A DNA stretch of 58,992 nt, the filler included. It is 7 parts of 7 records of this genome, joined end to end, with 100 filler letters (N's around TTAATTAATTAA, not from the genome) between each part and the next. Parts side by side here need not be neighbours in the genome. Positions count along the whole stretch, not along the records: positions 8,750 to 21,175 come from SRR31147125_27209; positions 21,276 to 26,865 come from SRR31147125_27229; 5 more parts are not named here. One strand, written 5' to 3'. The position numbers were made by a program, and so were the translations under genes. Positions 11,182-21,512 of the stretch are shown piece by piece. The notes under the pieces were generated by a model. The model was not told where the DNA came from. It worked only from the letters and a program-made list of their open reading frames with translations, and searched no databases. Each line of letters starts with the position of its first letter. Position 1 is the stretch's first letter.

Positions 11182-13431
11182 CTATAAGAAATTAAAAGTC
11201 AGATTAAAATAAAAACTTCTGTCCGGCGAATAGATTGGCCTGGCGTCTGTATTCCTAACCGAACGAGCTAAATGTTCGTAATATGCCACATCGAATAAAT
11301 TGTGCATACCTCCTGTGGCCGAAATTCTTTGTGTTATCAGCCACGAAATTTTAGCATCAACAACACTAAATCCGGGCGTTTCGTTTTCGCCATACGACGT
11401 TGCCACCCTGTCCTGTTTAAAGGATTTACGAAACATTATTTCAGGTACTAACTTATCGTTACAGAAATGTCCGTTTAAAGAATACCGAAATTCTAAAGGC
11501 GGGATTTCAGGAAGTGGCTCTTCCTCATCTTTATTCTCTCCGTAAGTAAATGCTAAACTCAATTCATGATTCAAATTTGCTGTAATCACTTGTTGCCAAT
11601 TTAATTCAAAACCTGCCATTAATGCTTTGTCAACATTCACAAATTGCCGAACTCCCGGAGAACTCGACAATGCTGGCGATATGTCTTCACGAATTTCAGA
11701 TGAAATATAATGGCGTAAGAACGAAGTAAAAACAGTAGCATTAAAGTTTAAGCTTTTGGTTTTGTGCTCAAAAATAAAATCGAACTGATTATTTATTTCC
11801 GGCTCCAGTTCAGGATTTCCCAACATTTCATAAGGATCTAATCCTACCGGAAATTGATTGATATACATTTCGGCAATACCCGGTGCACGGCTTGCCCTGC
11901 CAAACCAAATTCCCAAAGAAGCATTCCCCGCTAACAATTTTGTTCCACCTACACTAAACGAAGGAAGTAAGTGTTCTGACTCCAGATTGTTATAAACTAC
12001 GGCGAAATCAGAATCTGGATTTTTAGCATCGGAACTACTATAATTTAAGCGCCCCGAAAACACAAAGTAAAAAGAAGGCCTATTGTAATGATATTCAGCA
12101 AAAACTCCCATACGTTTTACCAGCGCATCTTGCCATACATTATCATTAAAAACCTTTCCTGCCATCTGCCCCATAAGCATTGTGCGAGTACGGGCACCCG
12201 ACGCTTCTTCATACCGATAATCTAACCCTCCGTAAAGAAAATTTTTATTGAAATCGAATCTTAATTCAGTACGTCCGCCATAATTTGCAGTTTCGGCATC
12301 GGTTTCGGCATCAGTTTTTCGTGGTTCAATTATCTTATCAAAATTGTCCATCAGGTGACTAACGCTTGTTCCATAAACCATCGTATTCCAGCTCGATAAT
12401 GTTTTCCCATAAAAAAGTGCTGAATGATTTGCATTAAACAGCCAGGTATTATCTTCGCGTAAATCCATTGGTAATGCCGGAAAATCAACATCTTTTGCCA
12501 CATTATTCGCAACCATTAATCCCAAGGTTTGATTATCGTTTAGCTTAAAACCAATTTTCCCTCCATAGTTTAGCCGGTTAAAATCGGCGTCAACTTCAAC
12601 TCCTTCTCCATCTGTGTAATTGCTTCCTTCCGAAAGAGAACCAAATAATTTAAAGTCGACCTTTTGCCCCGAAACTCCGGCCACTGCTTCGGTTCTAAAA
12701 ATGTTTCCATTACTTTCGTAACTGGTTCCCAAACGCCCTAACGGAGTAATTTTATCTTTAAAGTCGGGCAAACTGCTTTTAAAATTTATGGTTCCTCCAA
12801 ATGCATTTCCATAACGCAAACTATGCGGCCCCTTCATTATTTCAACTTGCGAAATCATATTAACAGGAATCTGGCTTGCGGCAGGATCCATTCGGTTCGG
12901 ACATGCTGCCGATGCGGTAAGTCCGCCATCAAGAACCAGGTTCAACTGTTCGTATTTAAACCCGCGCAAAACAGGATCGAAACCATAAGCTCCACTTTTC
13001 CGAATACTGGAAATTGAAGGAACTGATTCAAGAAGATTTCCGGCATCGTGCATTAACTTATTATTCAACGAAATATCCAGCCTGTTTTCATCATTAGTTC
13101 CTGAATGTACCTGCATAATGGTAACAGGCTGCAAATTTTTCGATAAAGACTTTAATTCAATAATGCCGTCTTTAAGTAGCCTCTCAAGTTCTTCAGCATT
13201 AAATTTATGATTACCAAATCGTATATGCGATAAAAAAAGAGGCTCTCCTTCAACTACATTAAATTTAATTTTTCCATCCTTATCTGAAAAACCTGTTAGC
13301 TCAGAATATTTATAATTAACATCCTCAATTACCTCTTTGGTATTTTTCTCTCGAATTAGTACTACTTTCTCCTGGCAAAAAACAATCACACTCGAAATCA
13401 TTAGAAGAATCAATAAGCAAATAGTTTTCAT
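11182..13431 (-). CDS. TonB-dependent receptor of the OprC/NosA copper type
   Basis: Plug DPVLRGFK...ACPNRMDP (CxxxM), barrel SHLMDN (HxM), GNPELEPE, NLFDVAYYEHL; signal peptide from ATG 13431. Confidence 0.85.
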   Translation of the reverse strand: MKTICLLILLMISSVIVFCQEKVVLIREKNTKEVIEDVNYKYSELTGFSDKDGKIKFNVVEGEPLFLSHIRFGNHKFNAEELERLLKDGIIELKSLSKNLQPVTIMQVHSGTNDENRLDISLNNKLMHDAGNLLESVPSISSIRKSGAYGFDPVLRGFKYEQLNLVLDGGLTASAACPNRMDPAASQIPVNMISQVEIMKGPHSLRYGNAFGGTINFKSSLPDFKDKITPLGRLGTSYESNGNIFRTEAVAGVSGQKVDFKLFGSLSEGSNYTDGEGVEVDADFNRLNYGGKIGFKLNDNQTLGLMVANNVAKDVDFPALPMDLREDNTWLFNANHSALFYGKTLSSWNTMVYGTSVSHLMDNFDKIIEPRKTDAETDAETANYGGRTELRFDFNKNFLYGGLDYRYEEASGARTRTMLMGQMAGKVFNDNVWQDALVKRMGVFAEYHYNRPSFYFVFSGRLNYSSSDAKNPDSDFAVVYNNLESEHLLPSFSVGGTKLLAGNASLGIWFGRASRAPGIAEMYINQFPVGLDPYEMLGNPELEPEINNQFDFIFEHKTKSLNFNATVFTSFLRHYISSEIREDISPALSSSPGVRQFVNVDKALMAGFELNWQQVITANLNHELSLAFTYGENKDEEEPLPEIPPLEFRYSLNGHFCNDKLVPEIMFRKSFKQDRVATSYGENETPGFSVVDAKISWLITQRISATGGMHNLFDVAYYEHLARSVRNTDARPIYSPDRSFYFNLTFNFL

Positions 13432-13770
13432 CTTAGATTTTACTTTATGTATAACACAACAATATAAATCCATAATATATTCTCGGTTAGTCTTTCGGTT
13501 TTTAAGGAATAAAATTCTAATTAACTGGCGAAATAAAGTTTGTTCCGAGCAAAATGTAATTGTTTTATAAACCTACGAAATATTTCAAAAAGACTGATAT
13601 TTCAATCAGCAAAATTGTAATCAACATAAGAAAATTTGGCATTCCCATTACAATTATTGTTAAATAATACAATTGGCAAAAAATTACACAACATTCTATA
13701 CATCAATCGATTAAAATTATTATTTTAGCACCAAGTAACTATATTACAAACCATTAAATCATATATTATC

Positions 13771-14133
13771 ATGGAACATAAAATGTGGTATGATGAGAAG
13801 GATGAAATTATCCATCTCGAATTTGTTAGTGATTTTCTAACATCAGACGTTGAACCAATTCGAAAGAAACTCATTGAAATGAAAGAGGGTTTACGTTACC
13901 GACAAATGTTAATTCAAATTAGCAAAACCAACAAAGTAGAAAATCGAGAAACCAGAGAACTATCTAACCAGGCAATGTACGATGCACAAATTACCGATGT
14001 TGCATTTATTGGTGGTAGTGCGGCAAACCGAATGATTGCTAAAGTATTACTAAAAACAGGTGCCTTAAAAACCAAGGGCAATTTTTTTAAAACTGTTGAA
14101 GAAGGAATTAAATGGTTAAAAAGCAGAAGATAA
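13771..14133 (+). CDS. SpoIIAA-like (STAS/SEC14-type) small protein
   Basis: 120 aa; VAFIGGS..RMIAKVLL and the C-terminal FFKTVEEGIKWL are typical of the SpoIIAA-like family; first gene of the rsb operon. Confidence 0.7.
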   Translation: MEHKMWYDEKDEIIHLEFVSDFLTSDVEPIRKKLIEMKEGLRYRQMLIQISKTNKVENRETRELSNQAMYDAQITDVAFIGGSAANRMIAKVLLKTGALKTKGNFFKTVEEGIKWLKSRR

Positions 14134-14138
14134 TAATT

Positions 14139-14825
14139 ATGGAACAAATAACTTTTGAAAACGCGCAAGACCGCATTGAACAAATAGAAGATGTCCTTTC
14201 ATCTGTTGCCGCAGGAGAACTAGATACCAGAATTAAAGTAGATATTGAAGATGATTTAACCGGAGTTGAAGAAGCCATTAATATTTTAATTGATGATTTA
14301 ACCTACGAGCTTAAGCAAAGCAAAAAAATGCGTGAAGAGCTGGAAAACAAGCTCTCGAAAATTGAAGAACAACAAAATACAATTGTACGCCAGCAGGAAG
14401 ATTTACTAGAACTATCGAGCCCGGTTACAAAAGTGTGGGATAACATTCTTATCCTTCCGGTAATAGGTACTCTCGATAGCCAACGTACACAAATTATGAT
14501 GGAGAACCTGTTGGAAAAAATTGTAGAAACAGGTTGTACTATTTCAATTTTAGATATTACCGGCGTACCAACTGTTGACACACAAGTTGCAAACCACTTA
14601 CTAAAAACAGTAACTTCAGCACGTTTACTGGGTGCCGACTGTATAATTTCAGGTATCAGCCCTGCAATTGCCCAAACCATTGTACACCTTGGAATTGACC
14701 TTTCTGCAATAAGAACAAAGGCGACTCTTCAAGATGCAATGATTTATGCCATGAGAAAAAACAATCAGCTTGTAGAAGGCAAAATTAAATTGGAATCATC
14801 AGAAACCGAAGAAAGCGAATTGTAG
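14139..14825 (+). CDS. rsbR: Stressosome RsbR-type STAS protein with N-terminal HAMP-like/coiled-coil region
   Basis: ELSSPV..VWDNILILPVIGTLDSQR, LDITGVPTVDTQVANHL, GISPAIAQTIVHLGIDL. Confidence 0.9.
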   Translation: MEQITFENAQDRIEQIEDVLSSVAAGELDTRIKVDIEDDLTGVEEAINILIDDLTYELKQSKKMREELENKLSKIEEQQNTIVRQQEDLLELSSPVTKVWDNILILPVIGTLDSQRTQIMMENLLEKIVETGCTISILDITGVPTVDTQVANHLLKTVTSARLLGADCIISGISPAIAQTIVHLGIDLSAIRTKATLQDAMIYAMRKNNQLVEGKIKLESSETEESEL

Positions 14826-15211
14826 ATGAATTTAGATTTACACGAAAAAGAATACCCATAATAAAAATCCGCGACTTCCTGATTGTTTCCATTCAGGTTG
14901 ATATGCACGATAAGCTAGCCATTCAATTACAATCTCAAATTCTGAATGAGATTGAAAGAACCGGGGCAAAAGGTGTACTAATAGACATCTCTGTTTTGGA
15001 AATGGTTGACTCGTTTATCGGACGTATGCTTTCGGGAATGGCATCGATGGCTTCTATTATGGACGCTGCCGTGGTGATTGTGGGAATGCAGCCGGCTGTT
15101 GCAATTACACTGGTTGAACTGGGCCTTGAAATGCCAGGAGTTAGCACTGCCCTGAATATGGAAAAGGGTATTGAAATGCTTGAAGAAAGGCTGGATAATC
15201 TTGAACTCTAA
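14826..15211 (+). CDS. rsbS: Stressosome RsbS antagonist, frameshift at A5 14845-14849
   Basis: Reconstructed RIPIIKIRDFLIVSIQVDMHD; VLIDISVLEMVDSFIGR (phospho-Ser motif); GMQPAVAITLVELGL. Confidence 0.92.
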
Positions 15212-15223
15212 ATATAGTTGCCC

Positions 15224-15649
15224 ATGAACGAAATTAATTTCGACAATAACTGGGAGCAACTTGGTAAACATCCGATTAAAACCGAACACGATATTGTTAA
15301 GGTGAGGCAGTTGGTGCGCCATTATGCCAAAAAAGAACGGATGGGAATTGTAGAGCAAACCCGCATTACTACCGCCGTTTCTGAATTATTCCGAAACATG
15401 TTCAATTATGCAGGCGGAGGAGAAGTAATGATTGAAAAAGGTAATATTGAAGGGAAGAACGCCTTAATTGTCACTTGTATTGACGAAGGTCCTGGAATTG
15501 AAGATCTTGAATTAGCCATGAGCGATGGTTATACTTCAGGTCAGGGAATGGGATACGGTTTACCCGGAACTAAACGATTGGTCGACCGGTTTGAAATTCA
15601 ATCGGAAAAAGGAAAAGGAACAATTGTAAGAGTAATGAAATGGAAGTAA
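15224..15649 (+). CDS. rsbT: RsbT serine/threonine kinase
   Basis: DIVKVRQ, TAVSELFRNM, DEGPGI, DGYTSGQGMGYGLPGTKRLVD. Confidence 0.92.
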   Translation: MNEINFDNNWEQLGKHPIKTEHDIVKVRQLVRHYAKKERMGIVEQTRITTAVSELFRNMFNYAGGGEVMIEKGNIEGKNALIVTCIDEGPGIEDLELAMSDGYTSGQGMGYGLPGTKRLVDRFEIQSEKGKGTIVRVMKWK

Positions 15650-16701
15650 CACGCAACCAAATACTAACATTACTAATTGAAGGAGAACAAGACATTGGAG
15701 TTTGCCGGAGAAAATCGGTTAGCCTTGCAAAAAATTTGGGCTTTGATGATGTTAAAACCGGAGAAATAGCAATAATGGTTACCGAACTGGTAACCAACGT
15801 CTTGAAACACGGTGGAAGCAATGGTAAAATTTTGGTTTGCGAGGTAAAATCCCACGATGGTCAAAAAGCCATAGAAATATGGTGTTGCGATAAGGGAGAA
15901 GGTATTTCTAATTTGAACAAAGCAATAAAAGATGGCTATTCCGACAAAGTATCGTTAGGTATTGGTCTCGGCTCTATAAGGCGTTTTTCTGATATTTTTG
16001 AGATTAATCCTGATGAACTTCGAAAACTAGAAGAGAGTGGCTTTTCGGGTCTTGATATTTATCCACATTGTATTAGGACTCTAAAATGGGTACCTTCAAA
16101 AAAATGGTTGGGAACAAACCGGAAACTTGCCATTGGAGCTTCGTCGCGGAGCAAACCAGGCGAAACATTAAATGGTGACTGTTATGTTATTACACATGTT
16201 AATTCATCGAAAACAGTTGCTGCAGTAATCGATGGTTTGGGGCATGGAAAAGAGGCACATATTGCATCGCAAATGGCACGCGAACAAATTATTGCCAAAG
16301 CCGAACAACCAATCGATAATTTGCTGAAACATGTTAACGCTGCCTTGCGAGGAACAAGAGGTGCTGTAGCAGGTTTAGTGCTAATCGACACCGACTCGAA
16401 AAAAATACTGTTTAGTGGAATAGGAAATATTGAAGGTTTTATTTGCCAATCAAAGGAAAAGAAAAATTTACTCTCGTTTGGCGGAATAATTGGCCACAAT
16501 ATGCGAACACCCAGAGTTTTCGAATTTCCGTTTAATCCCGGAGATTTTGTTTGTATGTATTCAGATGGAGTTATGTCGAGATGGCGATTTGAAGACTTCA
16601 ACTGGAATGAGCATCCGCAAACCAATGCTGAATATTTAATTTCTAATTACTCCAGAAACAATGATGACGCTACCGTTCTTATCGTCCGCCACGATTCATA
16701 G
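15640..16701 (+). CDS. rsbX: RsbT-like GHKL domain fused to an RsbX/SpoIIE PP2C phosphatase
   Basis: N-terminal [27 protein letters not shown]-terminal NGDC, IDGLGHG, GIGNI, SDG, DDATVL. Confidence 0.85.
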   Translation: MEVTRNQILTLLIEGEQDIGVCRRKSVSLAKNLGFDDVKTGEIAIMVTELVTNVLKHGGSNGKILVCEVKSHDGQKAIEIWCCDKGEGISNLNKAIKDGYSDKVSLGIGLGSIRRFSDIFEINPDELRKLEESGFSGLDIYPHCIRTLKWVPSKKWLGTNRKLAIGASSRSKPGETLNGDCYVITHVNSSKTVAAVIDGLGHGKEAHIASQMAREQIIAKAEQPIDNLLKHVNAALRGTRGAVAGLVLIDTDSKKILFSGIGNIEGFICQSKEKKNLLSFGGIIGHNMRTPRVFEFPFNPGDFVCMYSDGVMSRWRFEDFNWNEHPQTNAEYLISNYSRNNDDATVLIVRHDS

Positions 16702-18841
16702 TGTTGGCACTATTGTCGTTCAGTTTGAATCGGATGTGTTAAGAGCCCGAAATTTAGGGTCATTATTAGCACAGGAGGTTAAATTCGACAAAACAACCTG
16801 CATCCGAATTGGAACGGCCATTTCCGAATTAAGCCGTAATATTATTGAACATGCTCAGTCGGGTTCAATTGAATTCTTTTTGGCCGAACGCAAAGAAGAA
16901 ACATCAGGCCTTGTTGTTGTTTTTAAGGACAGAGGAATGGGAATAAAAGATCTCAACCTTATCCGCCGCGGCGAATTTCATTCGAAAAAAGGAATGGGAG
17001 TAGGACTTGCCGGCTCTCAGCGTTTAATGGATGATTTCAATATTGATACAAACGAAAACAAAGGAACCACAATAACGGCTGCAAAATGGCTACCACGTTT
17101 TGCCCCTTCACTCGATAGCAAACGCATTCATTCAATAAAAGATGCATTCCAAAAAACCATCGAGCGGGGCGATTCCAGTATGGTAGATACCATCAACTCT
17201 CAAAATAATGAGTTGATATTTTTGCTTCAACGATTACAGGAACGTAACGAGGAAATTGAAACAATAAACCAGGAACTGGAGGAAACAAACAAAGGAGTTG
17301 TTGCGCTTAACCGCGAATTGGAAGATAAAGCCATTGCCATTGAAAAAGCAAGGCACGAAGCGATTCAGGCAAACAAAGCAAAAAGTGAATTTTTGGCCAA
17401 TATGAGTCACGAAATCCGTACTCCAATGAATGCTATTCTTGGTTTTTCAGAAATCTTAGAAAGTAAAATTTCCGATAAAACGCTGAAGAATTACGCTTCG
17501 GCCATTTCATCGAGTGGAAGCGCCTTGCTTTGTATAATAAACGACATTCTCGACCTCTCGAAAATTGAGGCAGGAAAAACCGAATTGCACTTTCAGGCGG
17601 TTAACTTAAATTCGCTTATTAACGAAGTAGGACAAATTTTTAAGCATAAAACAAAAGAAAAACAAATTGAATTTATTATTGATATTGCTCCAGAAATTCC
17701 GAAAGCAATTATAATCGACGATACGCGCCTACGACAAATACTTATAAACCTGGTTGGTAATGCTCTGAAATTTACCGATTCCGGATTTGTAAAATTAATT
17801 GTCACCACTTCTGAATCGCAGAATTGCAAGGGAAGAAGTAGCCTGACGTTTGAAGTTGAAGACACAGGAATAGGAATTCCAGAAGAACAGGTTGGCAGAA
17901 TTTTCGAAGCGTTCGAACAACAAACAAATCAAGACCCCAATAAATACGGAGGGACAGGCCTTGGATTAACCATTACAAACAGGCTTGTAAAAATGATGGG
18001 TGGCGAAATAGAGGTAAAAAGTGAACTACACAAAGGAAGTACCTTTAAAGTAGAATTTGAGAATATCGAAATTGGAGAACTTTCTTCGGAGGAAACAGAA
18101 AAAAAGAAAGACAAAAAACAGAAGGTTGAATTTGAGCCCGCCTCTATTTTAGTTGTCGACGATATTTTAACCAACCGACGTTTAGTACAAACATTTCTTG
18201 AAAGTTACAATCTTAATATTTATACGGCTCAAAACGGGAAAGAGGGAATTGAGCTTGCCCGAAAACATAAACCCGACTTGGTACTAATGGACTTAAAAAT
18301 GCCGGTAATGGACGGATTTGAAGCAATGAAAATTTTTAAGTCGGATGATACTTTAAGGCATATTCCACTTATTGCTTTTACTGCTTTGGCGTTAAAAGAA
18401 GAAAGAGAAAGAATTATTAATTCCGGATTTGATAGTTATGTAAAAAAACCCTTATCGAGAAAAGATCTGGAAAATGAGCTAAAAAAATATTTGCAACACA
18501 AAGAAAAGGGATGTGAAAGTAATGAAGAGTTGGAACTAAAAAACAACTATGATAAATTTAATGCACATTTGCTTGCCCATTTACCAAAATTAATTCATAT
18601 TTTGGAGGATGAAGTTCAACAAAAGTGGGAAGCAATTCGCTCTACATTTGTTCTTGGTCAGATAAAAGAATTTGCCAAAGAAATGATTGAACTCGGTAAT
18701 GAATTTCAATCGGACTGTTTGAAGGATTGGGGAACTAATATGGAAGAACAAGCCGGCAATTTCGACATGGAACGGTTGCCCTCAACTATCAACAAGCTTC
18801 AGGATATACTTACCGGCCTTAAAGAGTTACAGAAAAAATAA
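16661..18841 (+). CDS. Hybrid histidine kinase: RsbT-like domain, coiled coil, HisKA, HATPase, REC and a degenerate HPt-like tail
   Basis: [83 protein letters not shown]. Confidence 0.9.
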   Translation: MMTLPFLSSATIHSVGTIVVQFESDVLRARNLGSLLAQEVKFDKTTCIRIGTAISELSRNIIEHAQSGSIEFFLAERKEETSGLVVVFKDRGMGIKDLNLIRRGEFHSKKGMGVGLAGSQRLMDDFNIDTNENKGTTITAAKWLPRFAPSLDSKRIHSIKDAFQKTIERGDSSMVDTINSQNNELIFLLQRLQERNEEIETINQELEETNKGVVALNRELEDKAIAIEKARHEAIQANKAKSEFLANMSHEIRTPMNAILGFSEILESKISDKTLKNYASAISSSGSALLCIINDILDLSKIEAGKTELHFQAVNLNSLINEVGQIFKHKTKEKQIEFIIDIAPEIPKAIIIDDTRLRQILINLVGNALKFTDSGFVKLIVTTSESQNCKGRSSLTFEVEDTGIGIPEEQVGRIFEAFEQQTNQDPNKYGGTGLGLTITNRLVKMMGGEIEVKSELHKGSTFKVEFENIEIGELSSEETEKKKDKKQKVEFEPASILVVDDILTNRRLVQTFLESYNLNIYTAQNGKEGIELARKHKPDLVLMDLKMPVMDGFEAMKIFKSDDTLRHIPLIAFTALALKEERERIINSGFDSYVKKPLSRKDLENELKKYLQHKEKGCESNEELELKNNYDKFNAHLLAHLPKLIHILEDEVQQKWEAIRSTFVLGQIKEFAKEMIELGNEFQSDCLKDWGTNMEEQAGNFDMERLPSTINKLQDILTGLKELQKK

Positions 18842-18862
18842 TATCGGATACCAACAAATATT

Positions 18863-19954
18863 ATGAAAACAAAGCCAGTTATTTTAATCGTTGATGATGT
18901 TCCTAAAAATATTCAGGTTTTAGGTACGCTTTTAGGAAAAATTGATTGTGAACTTGCGGTTGCAATGAATGGCCAGCAAGCCTTAGATACCGTTACAAAA
19001 ATACAACCCGATTTAATTCTTTTAGACGTTATGATGCCTGTTATGGACGGGCACGAAACATGCGAAAGACTAAAAGCAGATCCTGCAACAAAAGATATTC
19101 CTGTAATTTTCTTATCAGCAAAAACAGAACCGGAAGATATTGTTACCGGCTTTAAACTAGGTGCAGTCGACTATGTTACCAAACCATTTATTGGCTCCGA
19201 ATTAATTGCACGCGTAAATACGCATCTTTCATTAAGAAAATCGCAAAAAGTGCTTGTTGACGAGATTGAAACAAAGAATAAATTTTTCTCAATAATGTCG
19301 CACGACCTGCGAGGAGCTTTCGGTATTATTAAAAACTTTGTTGAACTGATTCAGGATAACAGAGATTATTTATCGGTAGAAGAAATAAATGAACTCCTCG
19401 ACGATATTGATAAGACATCGACAAATACACTAGAATTACTTGAGGATCTTTTAAAATGGGCACGTTCGCAAACCGGAGCAATTCAATTCTCTCCGGAAAA
19501 GGTTAGTTTAGAATTGCTTTTTACATCTATTTACGAATCGCAAATTGATATTGCAAAAGCTAAAAACATTGCTCTTAGTTTCCAGGTTACATCTTCCGAT
19601 ATTGTGTTTGGAGACATGAATATGCTGCTGGTTACATTAAGAAATCTAACCTCAAACGCGATTAAATTCACACCCAAAAACGGAAAGATTAAAATTGATG
19701 TTACCGACGAAGATGAATTCCTGAAAGTATCTGTTTCGGATTCAGGAGTTGGAATTGCCCCGGAACAAATCAATAAACTTTTCAATATTTCGACCAAGGT
19801 AACTACAGAAGGCACCAATAACGAACAAGGCAATGGTCTGGGATTAATTTTATGCAAAGAGTTTGTAGAACGTAACGGTGGAAAAATTGACATTGAAAGT
19901 GAATTAAATAAAGGAACTACTGTTTGGTTTACAATACCTAAACCAACTGAATAA
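18863..19954 (+). CDS. REC-HisKA-HATPase hybrid response regulator/kinase
   Basis: ILIVDD, LLDVMMP, KPF; SHDLR; NLTSNAIKFT, DSGVGI, GNGLGL. Confidence 0.92.
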   Translation: MKTKPVILIVDDVPKNIQVLGTLLGKIDCELAVAMNGQQALDTVTKIQPDLILLDVMMPVMDGHETCERLKADPATKDIPVIFLSAKTEPEDIVTGFKLGAVDYVTKPFIGSELIARVNTHLSLRKSQKVLVDEIETKNKFFSIMSHDLRGAFGIIKNFVELIQDNRDYLSVEEINELLDDIDKTSTNTLELLEDLLKWARSQTGAIQFSPEKVSLELLFTSIYESQIDIAKAKNIALSFQVTSSDIVFGDMNMLLVTLRNLTSNAIKFTPKNGKIKIDVTDEDEFLKVSVSDSGVGIAPEQINKLFNISTKVTTEGTNNEQGNGLGLILCKEFVERNGGKIDIESELNKGTTVWFTIPKPTE

Positions 19955-20020
19955 ATTCTCGATTATCATCCGGTGAATATAAGCCAAATCTCATATCATT
20001 GGATGATATATTTATGGTTA

Positions 20021-20535
20021 CTACAACTTATACCGAAATCCAAATACCGGCAAATCCTCCTGCATAAAATCTAAATCGCCCGAATGTTTGAATCCAAATC
20101 TTTCATACATTCTCCAGGCTGTTTTCATGTATTTTGTTGAATGAATAATTATCTGCTTTACGCCATCTTTTTAGCTTTTTCGATACAGGCGAGTGTTAAT
20201 TGTTTCCCTAAGCCTTGCCCACGTAGTTCGGGGTCGACTGCCAGCAAACGAAAGCCGGCAGCGTTTCGCTCTTGCGTTGCCGTTCCGCCCGAACCATAAT
20301 ATTGCATATCGGAAAAATAAACCACTGCCCCACCAACTTTACCTTTTGAAGAAATAGCCACCAACAATTCGGCGCAGGGCTTTTGGCACCACTCGCCAAT
20401 ATTGGCTAACATTTCGTAGTATTGAGGCTGCTCATTCTTCTTCGGAAAACCTTCCAGTTACGAATAAACTTTTACCATTAATTCGCCGGTTACTTTGAAT
20501 TCCAAAGATCTGGCGTTTCTTATTTTGTAGTCCAT
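20021..20535 (-). pseudogene. GNAT N-acetyltransferase with in-frame TAA (20458-20460) and a frameshift at T5 20168-20172
   Basis: Reads MDYKIRNA..VYS*LEGFP..FRLLAVDPELRGQGLG; the shifted frame gives IIIHST..AWRMYERFGF..LPVFGFRYKL-stop. Confidence 0.7.
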
Positions 20536-20561
20536 AAACTTCTTTTATGTCTTTGTAAATT

Positions 20562-20586
20562 CTTTGTGTTTTTGTGACTTCGTGGC
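20562..20586. repeat. Short 9-nt periodic repeat
   Basis: CTTTGTGTT TTTGTGACT TCGTGGC between the two GNAT genes. Confidence 0.4.
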
Positions 20587-20618
20587 ATTTTCTTTGCAAG
20601 CAACAAAAACTCATAAGC

Positions 20619-21113
20619 TTACAGCTTGCGCCACATAATATAGGCATTAACCAATCCCAATTTTTTATGATTAAAAGCTTCAGGAATTTCGCCTTTAATT
20701 TCGAATCCCAGCTTTTCCCAAAGTTTTACCGCGCGTTCGTTTGTTTTTACTACAATGTTGAATTGTATGGCTTTGTACCCTAAACGTTTTGCTTCGGGAA
20801 TTGAAAACTCTCCCATTGCACGGCCAATTCCTTTTCCAAAAGCATCGGGCGAAGTCATGTACGAACCATTTGCAACGTGCGAACCAAGCCCGATAAAATT
20901 GTCTTTCAGGATGAATGTTCCTAAAACTTTTCCATCAACTTCAGCAACATAAGTGTGTTTATCTGCTCCACACCAATACCCAAGCATTTCTTCCTCTGTT
21001 GAATCAGGTTCAAAAACATAAGTATCACCACTTGCAATTACCGGTTTAATTATTTGCCAGATAGCTTGATGGTCGTTTTTTGTGGCTTTTCGTATTTGAA
21101 TCTGCTCTTTCAT
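20619..21113 (-). CDS. GNAT N-acetyltransferase (Mpr1-like)
   Basis: IASGDTY, GLGSHVANGSYM, GKGIG, QFNIVVKTNERAVKLWEKLGF. Confidence 0.88.
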   Translation of the reverse strand: MKEQIQIRKATKNDHQAIWQIIKPVIASGDTYVFEPDSTEEEMLGYWCGADKHTYVAEVDGKVLGTFILKDNFIGLGSHVANGSYMTSPDAFGKGIGRAMGEFSIPEAKRLGYKAIQFNIVVKTNERAVKLWEKLGFEIKGEIPEAFNHKKLGLVNAYIMWRKL

Positions 21114-21175
21114 ATTTTAAATCTAATATTTTTATTTTTTCGACATATATCAAGTAGGGTAAATATAGAATAAAA

Positions 21176-21275
21176 NNNNNNNNNNNNNNNNNNNNNNNNN
21201 NNNNNNNNNNNNNNNNNNNTTAATTAATTAANNNNNNNNNNNNNNNNNNNNNNNNNNNNNNNNNNNNNNNNNNNN
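21176..21275. other. Artificial contig-joining linker
   Basis: N44-TTAATTAATTAA-N44. Confidence 0.98.
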
Positions 21276-21383
21276 CCCCCCATTATCAAAGTTAACAAAT
21301 CCGACCAGATGCCCCCTTCGCCCCCAACTTCGGATACAGGCAAGAATCGGAGGGCTGAATCGACCGACAATGAGAATGTCCAT
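21276..21383 (-). CDS. 5' fragment of a probable polysaccharide-locus protein (possibly ATP-grasp type)
   Basis: MDILIVGRFSPPILACIRSWGRRG, cut by the linker. Confidence 0.35.
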
Positions 21384-21512
21384 ATTAGACCTTTTACAGT
21401 ATCGTATGTTTAGTTCTTCTATTTTCCTGTTGATTGTGACACTATTTTTTAATATGCTCAAAGAAATTTTTTTAATTCATTCTACTGTGCAATTCAATTT
21501 GAGGATTCCATT

